NCBI GenBank assembly: GCA_030390025.1
Contig: CM059431.1
Span: 159,156,001 to 159,220,000 of the forward strand
Reading direction: 5' to 3'
Length of the DNA: 64,000 nt
DNA from: Squalus acanthias
Taxonomy: Eukaryota
The notes below the pieces were generated by a model. It was not told the DNA's origin and did not search any database. It saw only the letters and a list, made by a program, of their open reading frames with translations. The number at the start of each line of letters is the position of its first letter. The stretch's first letter is position 1. Below, piece after piece: positions 51,784-64,000 of this stretch. The translations under genes and the position numbers were made by a program.

Positions 51784-54700
51784 CTAAAAAAATATTGCAA
51801 TCATATTGAACAAAGTATTTTACAAAATCAGCTAAGATACGGTTTTCTTTCTCCCTCTCTTTATGGGAGGAATGAATAGAAAAGCTCACAATCAGGTGAC
51901 CAAAATCTATGTCAACGAGATAAGTTATAAGGAGCGCTTCGAAAGAGCAGAGAATTGCAGACGGCTGGAGAGCATTTGAGAGTTAATTCCAGAGTTTACG
52001 ACCGAGGCAGCACAACGCACGGCTACCAATGGTGGCGTGAAGAGAATCGGAGTTGTGCAATGGTTCAGAATTTGATGAGCACAGAGATTACGGAGGATTG
52101 TACGGCTGGAGGATGTTGCAGAGATAGAGAGGACTAGCGTTGAGTCACCGAGGGAATCTGAATTTTCTCAACTGATATGAAAACATGTTAAGTGCCAAAT
52201 AAAAGGGGAAAAGTCAGATTTCAGGAATATGCTTCGTGCAAAATGAAGCATTATTTGTTGTTAGTAACAGCAATGTTCTGGAAAGCTCACAACGTGCTTT
52301 TAGAAACTCAAAACTGCTCAGATTGTAAAACAGTGCGGGTGAAATTGGAATCGGTCAGTCACATGACAGGTGCTGATAGCGAATGGTCGGCTCGTGTTAC
52401 ACGCGTCCGTATTTCTTTACCACTAATTGCAATTAGACTTCCGTTCATTTCAAGTATCACTCATCGAATCAGCAGCACAAGCTTATCAGTCAATCCTTCA
52501 TTTTCTATATGAAACATTTGCTTTGAATACCTGAATAGTCCTGTCTTATGAGTAACTATTTTATTTGAAGTGTTTATGAAATGTGATCATTGTCCCGAAT
52601 TCTGTCACCTGCCAATCACCAAATTCTTAAACTGTCAACGTTTTACCTTCTGCTCGTTAACCTCGATGTTTCTTTCATTTGATTTATATAATCAACCCCC
52701 TACGTTCAATTTTTAAATCTACATTTCATTTACTTTTCTATGCACATCCAAGTAATTCTTGTATGTGCTCCACCCGTTTTATTATCGTGTAATTCCTATA
52801 TATCGTATCGCAAACATTTCCTACTTGGTACCTTCGTATTGCTTCCCGACGGAATTAACTGATCCATTCCCTCCCAATTTATCTGGGCTAGTGTGGTCTT
52901 GATTCGTTGAAATTGGTTATCCTGTACATATATTTTACTTTGTTTTACTGTTCTTCTGAATTCTAATGTTATCTTTGCTTCTTAGATATCCGTTATCCGT
53001 TTGCAGAAATGGATCCAGTACTCATTCCTTCCCTGTTGTTCTGGAAACATACCCATCTATCTCACGTCCTGGATACGTGGCAGATAGCCCACTCCCTCTT
53101 CCACCCGTACATCACTTCTATACTTTAGATATTTAAAGTCATCCTTTTCTCAGATAGCCTCGCTAAAATGTCTCAATTTTTTCAATATATCGCTTCCTCA
53201 ATCCGTGCCCCACCACTTGTGCATGATAATGAACCCCTCATAGTTAATGCCCAGTTTTTTCGATCGCAGGAATCCTGGGTGCGCAGGTCTGCAATCTGGA
53301 AAAATCTACGCCCTTACCTTCGGGATCCTGGGACGCACACGATTCCGATCCTGCGCCTCTCCAATCTCCACTTGCGCAGGGCCCTATTATCACAGAGGAT
53401 CAGGCAGATTACAGGGTGCCTTGGATCATGTGGGCCATGGGGAGCCAATCAAAGTAGGAAATCTGCATTCATATACTTGACAGGAAGACCTGTCAAATAT
53501 ATGAATGGAGATCACCCCAAATACATAGTGGCCCAGAAATTCCTTTCGCAGGCCGCCCGCAGGCGGAGGACTGCGGTCTGGAAAAAATCTGCGCCTGGAC
53601 CGGAGGGCTCCCGGGAGGCGCAGGGTTCCGTTGTTTGATTATCTCTAAACTTCCGGTGCGCAGGGCCCACGTATCCCAGAGGCGCAGGCGGTTCGCAGCG
53701 TCCCTGGGATCACGTAGGGAGCCAATCAGAGAATGGAATCTCCCTTCATACATTTGACAGGAAGACCTGTCAAATATATGATTGAAATTCACCCCCAAAA
53801 CATAGTACAAGCAAGCCTTAGCCCTGCTTTTAGCAGGCATACAATTTCTAAGGGTTTTCTGCAGGCGGAGGATCTCCAGTAAGCGGAAATATCCGTTCGC
53901 AGAGGACCTTCTCCAGGCTAGGCGTCCAATCTGTCAAGAGCATTCTTAACAGATCGGAAATTACGGATTTCAGCGCATGCGCTTGGCGTGCCTGAAACCG
54001 GCATTTCCGATGTTCCTACGGTTGTGTACACAGCGCGTACACACACGTAAGGAACGGAATATCCGGCCCATTAACGCCAAGCTCCCAGCCGTCCGCTAAC
54101 ATTAACACGTAGTTGTTAATGTCTTCATATCATAACTTGCTAGAGCATCATCAGACAATCGCTACCTTCAATTAATCAGCTTTATTCACCATACTTTATT
54201 AATATATGTGTTACATAACTTCAGGAAATATTCGAAAAGAGATCAGATAGACATCATGAATGAGACTCGGAATTGTATTTTTAATAGGACATGATGGCTG
54301 TCATGACAGGAGATGCCGGTAATGTTGATGTCCCTGAGGATTGGGCAGAAGAATGAACGTGAAGGTTTAAAGTTGCGTAACCCCTGGACTGGATGAACTT
54401 TTCGAGTGCTTGGTGAGACGTAGAATAATGCAGATTTTTTGAGGTTGTTAATTATAAGTAATAACTGTGGCAAGGAACTTGGTAGATAGGCAGGTAGAAT
54501 CAGCCATGCAGTGAAGTTGGAAGGAGAAAAGAAAAGGAAGCAACGACTTGGATATGTTCAGTAGAAAGTTCTAGAAATTGGTGCCACCGGCAGTGACTCA
54601 CACGAATCGTCTCGTTTAATTAAAATGCACGTCTGCTTTGCTAAAGAACGGACAGAATTTCTCGGCCGTGAGCGACAGCTTATTTCAAATATGTCAGTTA

Positions 54701-56325
54701 ATTTATTTTCCTGAGATTGGATATATGTGGCTATTAGTTGTTCTATCTAGCTCCAGGATATCCATTGGGACTTTGCTGAGGACGCGTGATGCTTGTGCTG
54801 CTAGTGGTATCTTTTTCAAATAATCATTACAATATTTGGCCCGTAATTTCAGTTAGGAGGATTCCTGCGTGCGGATGCCTCCTATCGGGAAGAAATCTAC
54901 GCCCTAACCTGAGGGCTCCCGAGGAGGAGACATTTCCGATCCTGGGCCTGTCCACAGTAGAAATGCGCAGGGCCCACCTGATCCCAGGGACGCTTGCGAA
55001 GCTCGTGAGCCCCTGAGATAGGTGGACAGGCGGGGGAATAGAAGGGAATCTCACTTCATACCTTTGACAGATAGACCTGTCAAAGGTATGAATGGAGTTC
55101 ACCCCAAAAACAAATCAAAACAATAAATACATTTTTAAAAAGCATCGCCCTTTTAAAATTAGTAACATTTAGATTAATTTAAATAATTTAAACAAAAATG
55201 TAATGTTTTGAAAAAAAATTAAAGAAATTTACGGAGCTAAAATTAAACTTACCTTATTTAGAAGTACCTTTTAATTATAAATGAGTGAAAAAATCTATAT
55301 TTTTTTACTTTTTTAAACTCCTGTGCTGGGAAAAGCAGGCCTTACGCCTGCTTTTACCAGGAGTACGATTTTTAAGTGTTTTCAAGAGCGGCTGTCGTGC
55401 AGCAAGCGGAAATCTCCACCCGCAGAGGCCCTTCTCTGGGGCAAGCGTCCGATCTGTCAAGATGATTTTTGACAGATCGGAAATGCCGGTTTTCAGCGAA
55501 TGCGCTTCGCATGCCTGAAACCGGCATTACCGATGACCCTACGGGTGTGTACACAGCGCGTACTCACACGTAGGCATCGGAAAATACGAGCCATCGTGTC
55601 TTGGCGTGTTCCTTGCAATCCTGAAATTTGGATTAATTGCTCCTTGGATAGCATTGCATTTATGTCCGATTACAGAAACAACAGTAACCCGAATCCCTGC
55701 AGGTAAATAGCTTAACTGCAAGACGTTTTCCAGTGAATTATCAGTTGATTAGAGAGTCTCTTTCTGCAGATGGTTTTTGCCTGTCACTTATGCTGCACAA
55801 ATGTAACTTGCTAATTATCCACCAAAACTGGCATTTTGACCAGATCTAGTAGCATACGGGCAGGGACTGTTTAGTTACCTGAGGAATTGGGAATGGAATT
55901 GAACACTGCAATCATCAGTGTACAGCCCAAATTATGACCGTATGACAGAAAAAAATGAATTGATGATGCAGCTGACGATATTTGGGTCGAGGATTCTTCC
56001 ACGATGAACTCATGGTTATAATATGAGATGCAGTTCTCTTCTTATTTAACGCATTAAAAACGACAAGTTCTGCTTCCTTTGAGACAATATTAGCTGTAAT
56101 CTAAGAGCACGTAAAAGGGTGGGCCGTGAGATGGCTGTTATCATTCACCCCATGGCTATCAAGTCCTCGCACCACCACACCTACGCCGCGAACATAAAGT
56201 CGACAGAGAATACAACCTTTAAACAAGCAAAGCCATGCCGTTCCAGACCGACTTGAACAATGTCCCAAAAACCCGTCTCAAATTTATGAGGCCATTTAGA
56301 CAATTCCAACATATATGTAGCATAC

Positions 56326-56495
56326 CTTATGAATTGTTTCAGTAAACACGTTTGCATCTAAGAGCGATTGACTAACAGCTTCCACGAATTCTTCAATGGA
56401 CGATTCTAGTCTCTGACGTTAGCAGCCGATAATTCTTCCAAGCTGGATATCCGTGTAGATCGCCAACATTAGTAACATTTTAGTATCTGAATTTT
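56326..56495 (-). pseudogene. Exon A4 (CARD-like N-half) with premature stop
   Basis: Splice sites are canonical, but TAC->TAA at 56419-56421 (GC*RQR). Confidence 0.78.
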
Positions 56496-58516
56496 CTGTA
56501 AAAGTGTAAATGAGAACAGGTTACAAAGCTACGTTTGCTTTGAAGAAATGAATAGTTTGAACTAACTTTTAGAGCAGCAGCTTTTCTTTAGAGCCTTTCA
56601 AACAGTGAGACGGCCAATGGCGCCTCACACAGCAGGAATTTAGAGTTAAACTGCCTCTTTTTCGTAGAGTTAAGAGAAACGACCTAGATCTTGCAACATG
56701 TGGAGGTTGTTTGAAGTAAGTAGGAAGTAAAGAGTGGTAGCACAAGGCAACGGATTCCAGACATTGGTGCTAACGACTTTGTTGGAGTCCGGAGCAGAGG
56801 AACCAATAATCTGGGGACCACAGCAAAGGGAGAGGATGGACCAGAAATAAAAGAGGGTTTCTGAAGAAGACTGTAAAATTAAGACGCTCGAGACCGTTAA
56901 GGGAATTGTAGATGATTAGGAGTCTTTCACAAATTGTCTGGGATAGGAAGTGAATGTAGGTCACCGACGAATGGGATTATGCATAAGTGGAACTGAGGGT
57001 GAATTGATGAATTTAAGCAGTCGAGCTCTGGAGATTCTATCTGGCCGTGACCAAAAGTCGTTTAAGGAATCGAGTCTAAACCTCACAAAAGCGTATCTAA
57101 ATCACGAGAAAATGTTCATATGTTATCATATATCCAGAAAATTAAAATATGATGGTTGCGGACGGTGATCTCAGAATCCATTCGAAATTTATTGCTTGGA
57201 ATCACCAGATGCTGCTGAGCAATTAGAAATTGTCGTGACTGTCGCTTGTTAGCCTAAAGAGCTAATAAATAATGCACAGATAGTTAAAGAAAGTAACAGT
57301 AAATGCAAGCTCATTCCTTCTTTCTTGGGAAAACTAAACTGCGATACAGACCGGAGAAATTGAAATACTGTGAATCTAAATGTACTCAAAATAAATTTGA
57401 TAGATATCAATACAATTACAAGAACACACCATTGGGATAAAGTTATTGATATCAAATTGAAATAATAATTAAATCTCAAATACCACATCTGAAACATGAC
57501 AATAGCTGGTAGGAATCATAATTGAATGTACCTGATTCTAAAATGCCTATCGATGGAAGTAGAAAGACCTGAGAGATACTAAATAAAGAACGGCCCGGAA
57601 ATAGTGGTCAGCGCGAAGCAAAGGCATTTGCTGCGGCCACAAAGTAAGCTTGACACAAAGATCTCGCAATCAGGTTTTCCGATTTGTAATTCAAATCAAC
57701 GGAGCATCATTGGGAATCCCGAGTGCAAGCTGCTGTGAAGTCAACAGGCTGTCTAAGCATCCAACCAAAACGCAGAATTCTCACAGACAGCGAACAAGGT
57801 AGTGAATAAGCTGTTAAACTTCTAACATTTAAAAAAATGATTGGGCGAACGAAACAAATATTGGGGCTCTAACATGGGGAAAATGCAAAGCAGAAATAAG
57901 GAGGAAAAATCCATTAAAATAATTACATTTTCATAATAATGTTAATTTTTATTTAATTGAATAATGTTGTCTGTGCACAAAATTTAAATTAGATTTTCTG
58001 GCCATCACATTTGTTTAGAATTCAATACGCTGTTGCAATCCAGTTACACCCTTCCCTTTCAGTCAAACTTTTAGTGGGGATTTGAAGAGCACAATTACTG
58101 TGAAAGAGCCGAAGATTACATGACTTTCAATGATTTGAGAGATTTCCCTGATTACCAGCTTTGGGTGGGCACAGCGCAGCCTCTGCAATTTTATTGGAGT
58201 CAAAGATTGGGAACTTAGGACCGAGCGAACAACGGGCAGCAGATGCAATACCGGCCGTTTTTCGGCGAGGCCAAAACACAGGCCGTATCGCATCCATCGC
58301 CTGTTATACGCTGCGTCCGAATAAACTTGAATTGAGCTGAATATCGGGCGTGTGTGTAACTATCGGCAAATGTGATCCGGCCATTGTGTGTCCCCGACAA
58401 TTAGAATTTCATCCTCCTGGACATTAACTTAAAATAAGTTCCTCGACATAAATAATGAACTCTCTTACTCTGAAAGTAAACGAGATCTTTTGCAATTAGA
58501 TTTTGACATCGCCTAC

Positions 58517-58715
58517 CTTCTTGATCATGTTTTGTCCCTGTATCTCTGTTCAGTATCTCTGACAATGTCGCTTTCAGTTTGGGTTTTGTATTCTGCAGTT
58601 GAAGAAATATGTTCCACATTGTTCTTTCTCCCCGAGCTCCCTTTTCCAGCACGGTATCGAAAATGCGTTGGGAAGCATCGTTTCTGCGCGAACTTTCAGC
58701 AAGTGTACTGATTTC
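58517..58715 (-). CDS. Exon B4 (CARD-like C-half), intact
   Basis: Acceptor atgtttttag|, donor AAG|GTAGGC, open (overlaps ORF 58401-58652). Confidence 0.8.
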
Positions 58716-61700
58716 CTAAAAACATATTGCAATCATATTGAAAAAAAGTATTTTACAAAATCAGCTAAGAAACGTCGGTTTTGTTTCTCCCTCTCTTTAT
58801 GGGAGGAATGAATAGCCAAACTCACAATCAGGTGACCAAAATCTATGTCAGCCAGATAAGTTATAATAAGCGTCACTAAAGAGCATTGAATGCCAGACGG
58901 CCGGTGAGGATAACAGAGTTCATTCCACAGTTTAGGACCGAGGCAGCACAACGCACGGCTACCAATGGTGGCGTGAAGAGAATCGGGGTTGCGCAATGGT
59001 GCAGAATTTGACGAGCACCGGGATCACGGAGGATTGTAGGGCTGGAGGATGTTGCAGCGATAGAGAGGACCAGCCTTGAGTCACCGAGGGTAGCTGAATT
59101 TTCTCAACTGATATGAAAAAATGTTAAGTGCCAAATAAAAGTGGAAAGGTCAGATTTCAAGAATATGGTTCGTGCAAAATGAAGCATTATTTGTTGTTAG
59201 TAACAGCAATGTTCTGGAAAGTTCACAACGTGCTTTTAGAAACTCAAACTGCACAGATCGTAAAACAATGCGGGTGAAATTGGAATCGGCCAGTCGCATG
59301 ACAGGTGCTGATAGCGAATGGGCGGATCGTGTTACACGCATCCGTATTTCTTTACCATTGATTGCAATTAGAATTCCGTTCATTTCAAGTATCATTCATC
59401 GAAACAGCAGCACAAGCTTTTCACTCAATCCTTCATCTTCTATATGAACAATTTGCTTTGAATACCTGAATAGTCCTGTCTTATGAGTGACTATTTTATT
59501 TGAAGTGTTTATGAAATGTGATCATTGTCCCGAATTCTGTCTCATGCCAATCACCAAATCCTTAAACTGTTAACGTGTTACCATCTGGTCGTTAACTTCT
59601 ATGTTTCTTTGATTTGATTTATATAATCAACCCCCTACATTCAATTTGTAAATCTCAATTTAATTTCCTTTTCTGTGCACCTCCAAGTAATTCTTGTATG
59701 TGCTCCACCCGTTTTATTATCGTGTAATTCCTATATATCGTATCGCAATCATTTCCTTCTTGGTACCTTCGTATTGCTTCCCGACGGAATTATCTGATCC
59801 ATTCCGTCCCAATATATCTGGGCTAGTGTGTTCATGATTTGTTGAAATTTGTTATCCTGTACATATATATTGCTTTGATTTACTGTTCTTCTGAATTCTA
59901 ATGATATCATTGCTTCTTAGATATCCGTTATCCGTTTGCAGTTATGGATCCAATACTCATTCCTTCCCTGTTGTTCTGGAAACGTACCCATCTATCTCAC
60001 GCCCTGGATACGTTGCAGAAAGCACACTCCCTCTTCCACCCGTACATCACTTCTATACTTTAGATAATTTAAATCCCCCATATCTCTGATACGCTCGCTA
60101 AAATGTCTCCATTTTTTTAATATATCGCTTCCTCAATTCGTGACCCACCACATGTGAATGAAAATAAACTCCTCATAGTTAATGGCCAGGTTTTTCGATC
60201 GCAGGAATCCCGGGTGCGCAGGTTTGCAATCTAGAAAAATCTACGCCCTTACCTTCGGGTTCCGGGGACGCACACGATTCCGATCCTGGGCCTCTCCAAT
60301 CTCCACTTGCGCAGGGCCCTAATATCCCAGAGGCACAGGCAGATTACAGGGAGCATGGGATCATGTTGGCCATGCGGAGCTAATCAAAGTAGGGAAACTG
60401 CATTCATACACTTGACAGGAAGACCTTTCAAATATATGAATGGAGATCACCCCAAAAACATAGTGGCCCAGAAATTCCTTTCGCAGACCGTCCCCGGGCG
60501 GAGGACTGCGATCTGGAAAAATCTGTGCCTGTACCGGAGGGGTCCCGGGAGGCGCAGAGTTCCGTTGCTTGGTCTCTCCAAACTTCCGGTGCGCAGGGCC
60601 CAGGTATCCAAGAAGCGCAGGCGGTTCGCAGCGTCCCTGGGATCACGTAGGGAGCCAATCAGAGAAGGGATTCTCCCTTCATACATTTGACAGGAAGACC
60701 TGTCAAATATATGAATGGAATTCACCCCCAAACATAGTAAAAGCAAGCCTTAGCCCTGCTTTTACCAGGCATACGATTTCTAATGGTTTTCTACAGGCGT
60801 GGGTTCTCCAGACAGCGGAAATATCCGTCCGCAGAGGACCTTCTCCAGGCTAGGCGTCCAATCTGTCAAGAGCATTCTTGACAGATCGGAAATTACGGAT
60901 TTCAGCGCATGCGCTTGGCATTCCTGAAACCGGCATTTCCGATGTCCCTGCGGTTGTGTCCACAGCGCGTACACACCCGTAAGGATCGGAATATCCGGCC
61001 CATTAACGCCAAGCTCCCAGCCGTGCGCTTACATTAACCATATCTTCATATCATAACTTCCTAGAGCATCATCAGACAATCGCTTCCTTCAACTAATCAG
61101 CTTTATTCACAATGCTTTATTAATATATGTGTTACATAACTTCAGAAAATATTCGAAAAGGGATCAGATAGACATCATGGATGAGACTCGGAATTTTATT
61201 TTAAATAGGACATGATGGCTGTCATGACTGGAGATGCGGGAATGTTATGTCCCAGAGTATTGGGCAGAAGAATGAACGTGAAGTCTTAAAGTTGCGTTAC
61301 CCATGGACTGGATGAATTTTGCGAGTGCTTGGTGAGACGTAGAATAATGCAGATATTTGGAGGTTGTTAATTATAAATAATAACTGTGGCAGGGAAGTTG
61401 GTAGATAGGCAGGTAGAATCAGCCATGCAGTGAAGTTGGAAGGAGAAAAGAAATGGAAGCAACGACTTGGATATGTTCAGTAGAAAGTTCTAGAAATTGG
61501 TGCCACCGGCAGTGACTCACACGAATCGTCTCGTTTAATTAAAATGCTCGTCTGCTTTGCTAAAAAACGGACAGAATTTCTCGGCCGTGAGCGACAGCTT
61601 ATTTTAAATATGTCAGTTAATTTCTCTTCCTGAGATTAGATATATGTGGCTATTAGATGCTCTATCTAGCTCCAGGATATCCATTGGGTCTTTGCTGAGG

Positions 61701-62514
61701 ACGCGTGATGCTTGTGATGCTAGTGGTATCTTATTCAAATATTAATTACAATATTTGGCCCGTAATTTCCGTTAGGAGGCTTCCTGCGTGCGCATGCCTC
61801 CTATCGGGAAGAAATCTGCGCCCTTACCTGAGGGCTCCCGAGGAGGAGCCATTTCCGATCCTGGGCCTGTCCACAGTAGAAATGCGCAAGGCCCACCTGA
61901 ACTCAGGGAAGCTTGCGAAGCTCGTGAGCCCCTGAGGTAGGTGGACAGGCGAGAGAATAGTAGGGAATCTCCCTTCATACCTTTGAAGATAGACCTGTCA
62001 AAGGTATGAATGGAGATCACCCCAAAAACAAATCAAAACAATAAATACATTTTTAAAAAGCATCGCGTTTTTAAAATGAGTAACATTTATATTAATTTAA
62101 ATATTTTAAACAAAAATGTAATGTTTTGAAAAAAAAATTAAAGATTTTAACGGATCTAAAATTAAATTTACCGTATTTAGAAGTACTTTAAAATTATAAT
62201 TGAGTGAAAAAATGTATATTTTTTTACTTTTTTAAACTCTTGTGCTGGGAAAAGCAGGCCTTACGTCTGCTTTTACCAGGAGTACGATTTTTAAGTGTTT
62301 TCAAGAGCGGATGTCCTGCAGCAAGCGGAAATCTCCACCCGCAGAGGCCCTTCTCTGGGGCAAGCGTCCGATCTGTCAAGATGATTCTTGACAGATCGGA
62401 AATGCCGGTTTTCAGCGCATGCACTTCGCATGCCTGACACCGGCATTACCGATGTCCCAACGGGTGTGTACACAGCGCGTACTCACACGTAGGCATCGGA
62501 AAATACGAGCCATT

Positions 62515-63249
62515 TTCCCAGAAATTAAACATCGATGGTTCCCGCGGGGGTAAGGATTCCCCGCGAAATCGCACTCCTCGCCTACCTTTTTGTTTCGGGC
62601 CCACAGGAAGTTCAGTTTCAGGGACTCTCCCTGTTGCAACCGAGCAGTGCTTGCGTGTCCCTGAGGCGCAATTAGTTCGTACGAGCTCTGGAATCACGTG
62701 ATTCAGTTAGAGCCAATGGCAGCACACCATCTTTCATTCATAGTTTTGACAGCAAGGGCTGTCAAAGCTATGAATACTACAAGACCCCAAAATAACAGCT
62801 AAACCTCAATTAAATTTTAAAAAAGCCATCACTTTAATAAAATAACGATAGTTAAATAAATTAAACATCTTAAAAAAAAATTAAATTTTGAAAAAATTTA
62901 AAATCTTTTTAAAAGTTATAAAAATAAACTTACCTTTCTTTAAATTCTCGAAAAAAGATAAACCTGTTGAAAAAAATTTAAAATAACACTTAATGAACTA
63001 CTTACCGTTTTAAAAGGGGGTCTTGCGCCTGCTTTCTTTATGTGTAAAATCTTCACCACTTACCTGCGCGTTCAAACCGGAAAAAAAAACTAAGTGCACT
63101 GTTCCCTTAGGAACCGCCCCCTTTGCAATACACGAAGTGCCGTTTTCCCGCGTATGCGCAGTGCACACAGGAAATCGGAAATTCGGGACCTAATACGCGA
63201 GAGTGCACAGTGCGTACTCTCGCGTATTAGGTCTAACTTTCGTGCCAAT
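62515..63249. mobile_element. 735-bp MITE-like element E3, present only in the last unit
   Basis: Other units read gagcc-att-gtgtc; here 735 bp intervene, flanked by att/aat. It shares the TTGACAG/CTGTCAA hairpin and AT-rich core with E2. Confidence 0.7.
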
Positions 63250-63991
63250 GTGTCTTGGCGTGTTCCTTGCAATCCTGAAATTTGGATGAATTGCTCCTTG
63301 GATAGGATGCCATTTATGTCCGATTACAGAAACAACAGTAACCCGAATCCCTGCAGAAATACGGCCAAGGTAAATAGCTTAACTGCAAGACGTTTTCCAG
63401 TGAATTATCAGCTGATTAGAGAGTCTCTTTCTGCAGATGGTTTTAGCATGTCACTTATGCGGCACAAATATTATTTGCTAATTATCCAACAAAACTGGCA
63501 TGTTGACCAGTTCTTGTTGCATACGGGCATGGAATGTTTAGTTACCTGAGGAATTGGGAATGGAATTGAACACTGCAATCATCAGTGTACAGCCCAAATT
63601 CTGACCGTATGACAGAAAAAAATGAATTGATGATGCAGCTGACGATATTTGGGTCGAGGATTCTTCCACGATTAACTCATGGTTATAACATGAGATGCTG
63701 TTCTCTTGTTATTTAACGCATTAAAAACCTCAAGTTCTGTTTCCTTTGAGACGATATTAGCTGTAATCTAAGAGCACGTAAAAGGGTGGGCCGTGAGAAG
63801 GCTGTTATCATTCACCCCATGGCTTTCAAGTCCTCGCATCACCACACCTGCGCCGCGAACATAACGTCGCCAGAGAATACAACCTTTAAACCAGCAAACC
63901 ATGCCGTTCCAGACCGACTTGAACAATCTCCCACCAACACTTCTCAAATTTATGAGGCCATTTAGACAATTCCAACATATATGTAGCATAC

Positions 63992-64000
63992 CTTATGAAT
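63992..64000 (-). CDS. 3' tip of exon A5 (runs out of the window)
   Basis: ATTCATAAG|GTATGC at the position expected from the unit periodicity. Confidence 0.7.

Larger units (their letters stand above)
25758..64000. repeat. Tandem array of a ~6.94-kb unit (~5.5 copies, continuing beyond the window)
   Basis: The marker ggatcatgtgggcc…agccaatcaaagtagg recurs at ~25990, 36525, 46485, 53424 and 60358. Spacing is ~6.94 kb for clean units; the larger spacings are explained by CR1 insertions. Copies are highly similar by eye. Confidence 0.97.

Noticed and set aside
28891..58715. Naming the CARD exons as NLRP3/NOD/ASC/MAVS
   Set aside because: No NACHT, LRR or PYD exon is in the window, and the similarity is only at fold/motif level.

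Overview
Eukaryotic, repeat-rich vertebrate genomic DNA. The repeat complement (CR1, L2, RTE, Penelope-like remnant, GC-rich MITEs) and the exon content point to a cartilaginous fish (shark); this is inference. The only long ORFs are LINE proteins, so the host-gene content is visible only as small minus-strand exons. Left part (1-25.7 kb): a duplicated terminal exon/3'UTR (about 0.5-1.25 kb and 23.55-24.28 kb), a degenerate RTE LINE, a 23-bp minisatellite containing a solo LTR, an older tandem duplication carrying two 96-nt phase-1/1 exons per copy, an L2 with a nested LINE, and a transmembrane exon with candidate cytoplasmic exons. Right part (25.76-64 kb): about 5.5 tandem copies of a ~6.94-kb unit, two of them interrupted by young CR1 insertions (one with an uninterrupted 978-codon ORF2). 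Each complete unit carries two exons, A (170 nt, phase 1->0) and B (199 nt, phase 0->1), that together encode a CARD-like death-fold domain and can be spliced in frame end to end. This gives a potential poly-CARD array with no NACHT/LRR exon in the window, abutting a phase-compatible transmembrane exon. Several copies carry lesions, so part or all of the array may be pseudogenic. All exon calls come from splice signals and frame conservation only, with no transcript evidence.
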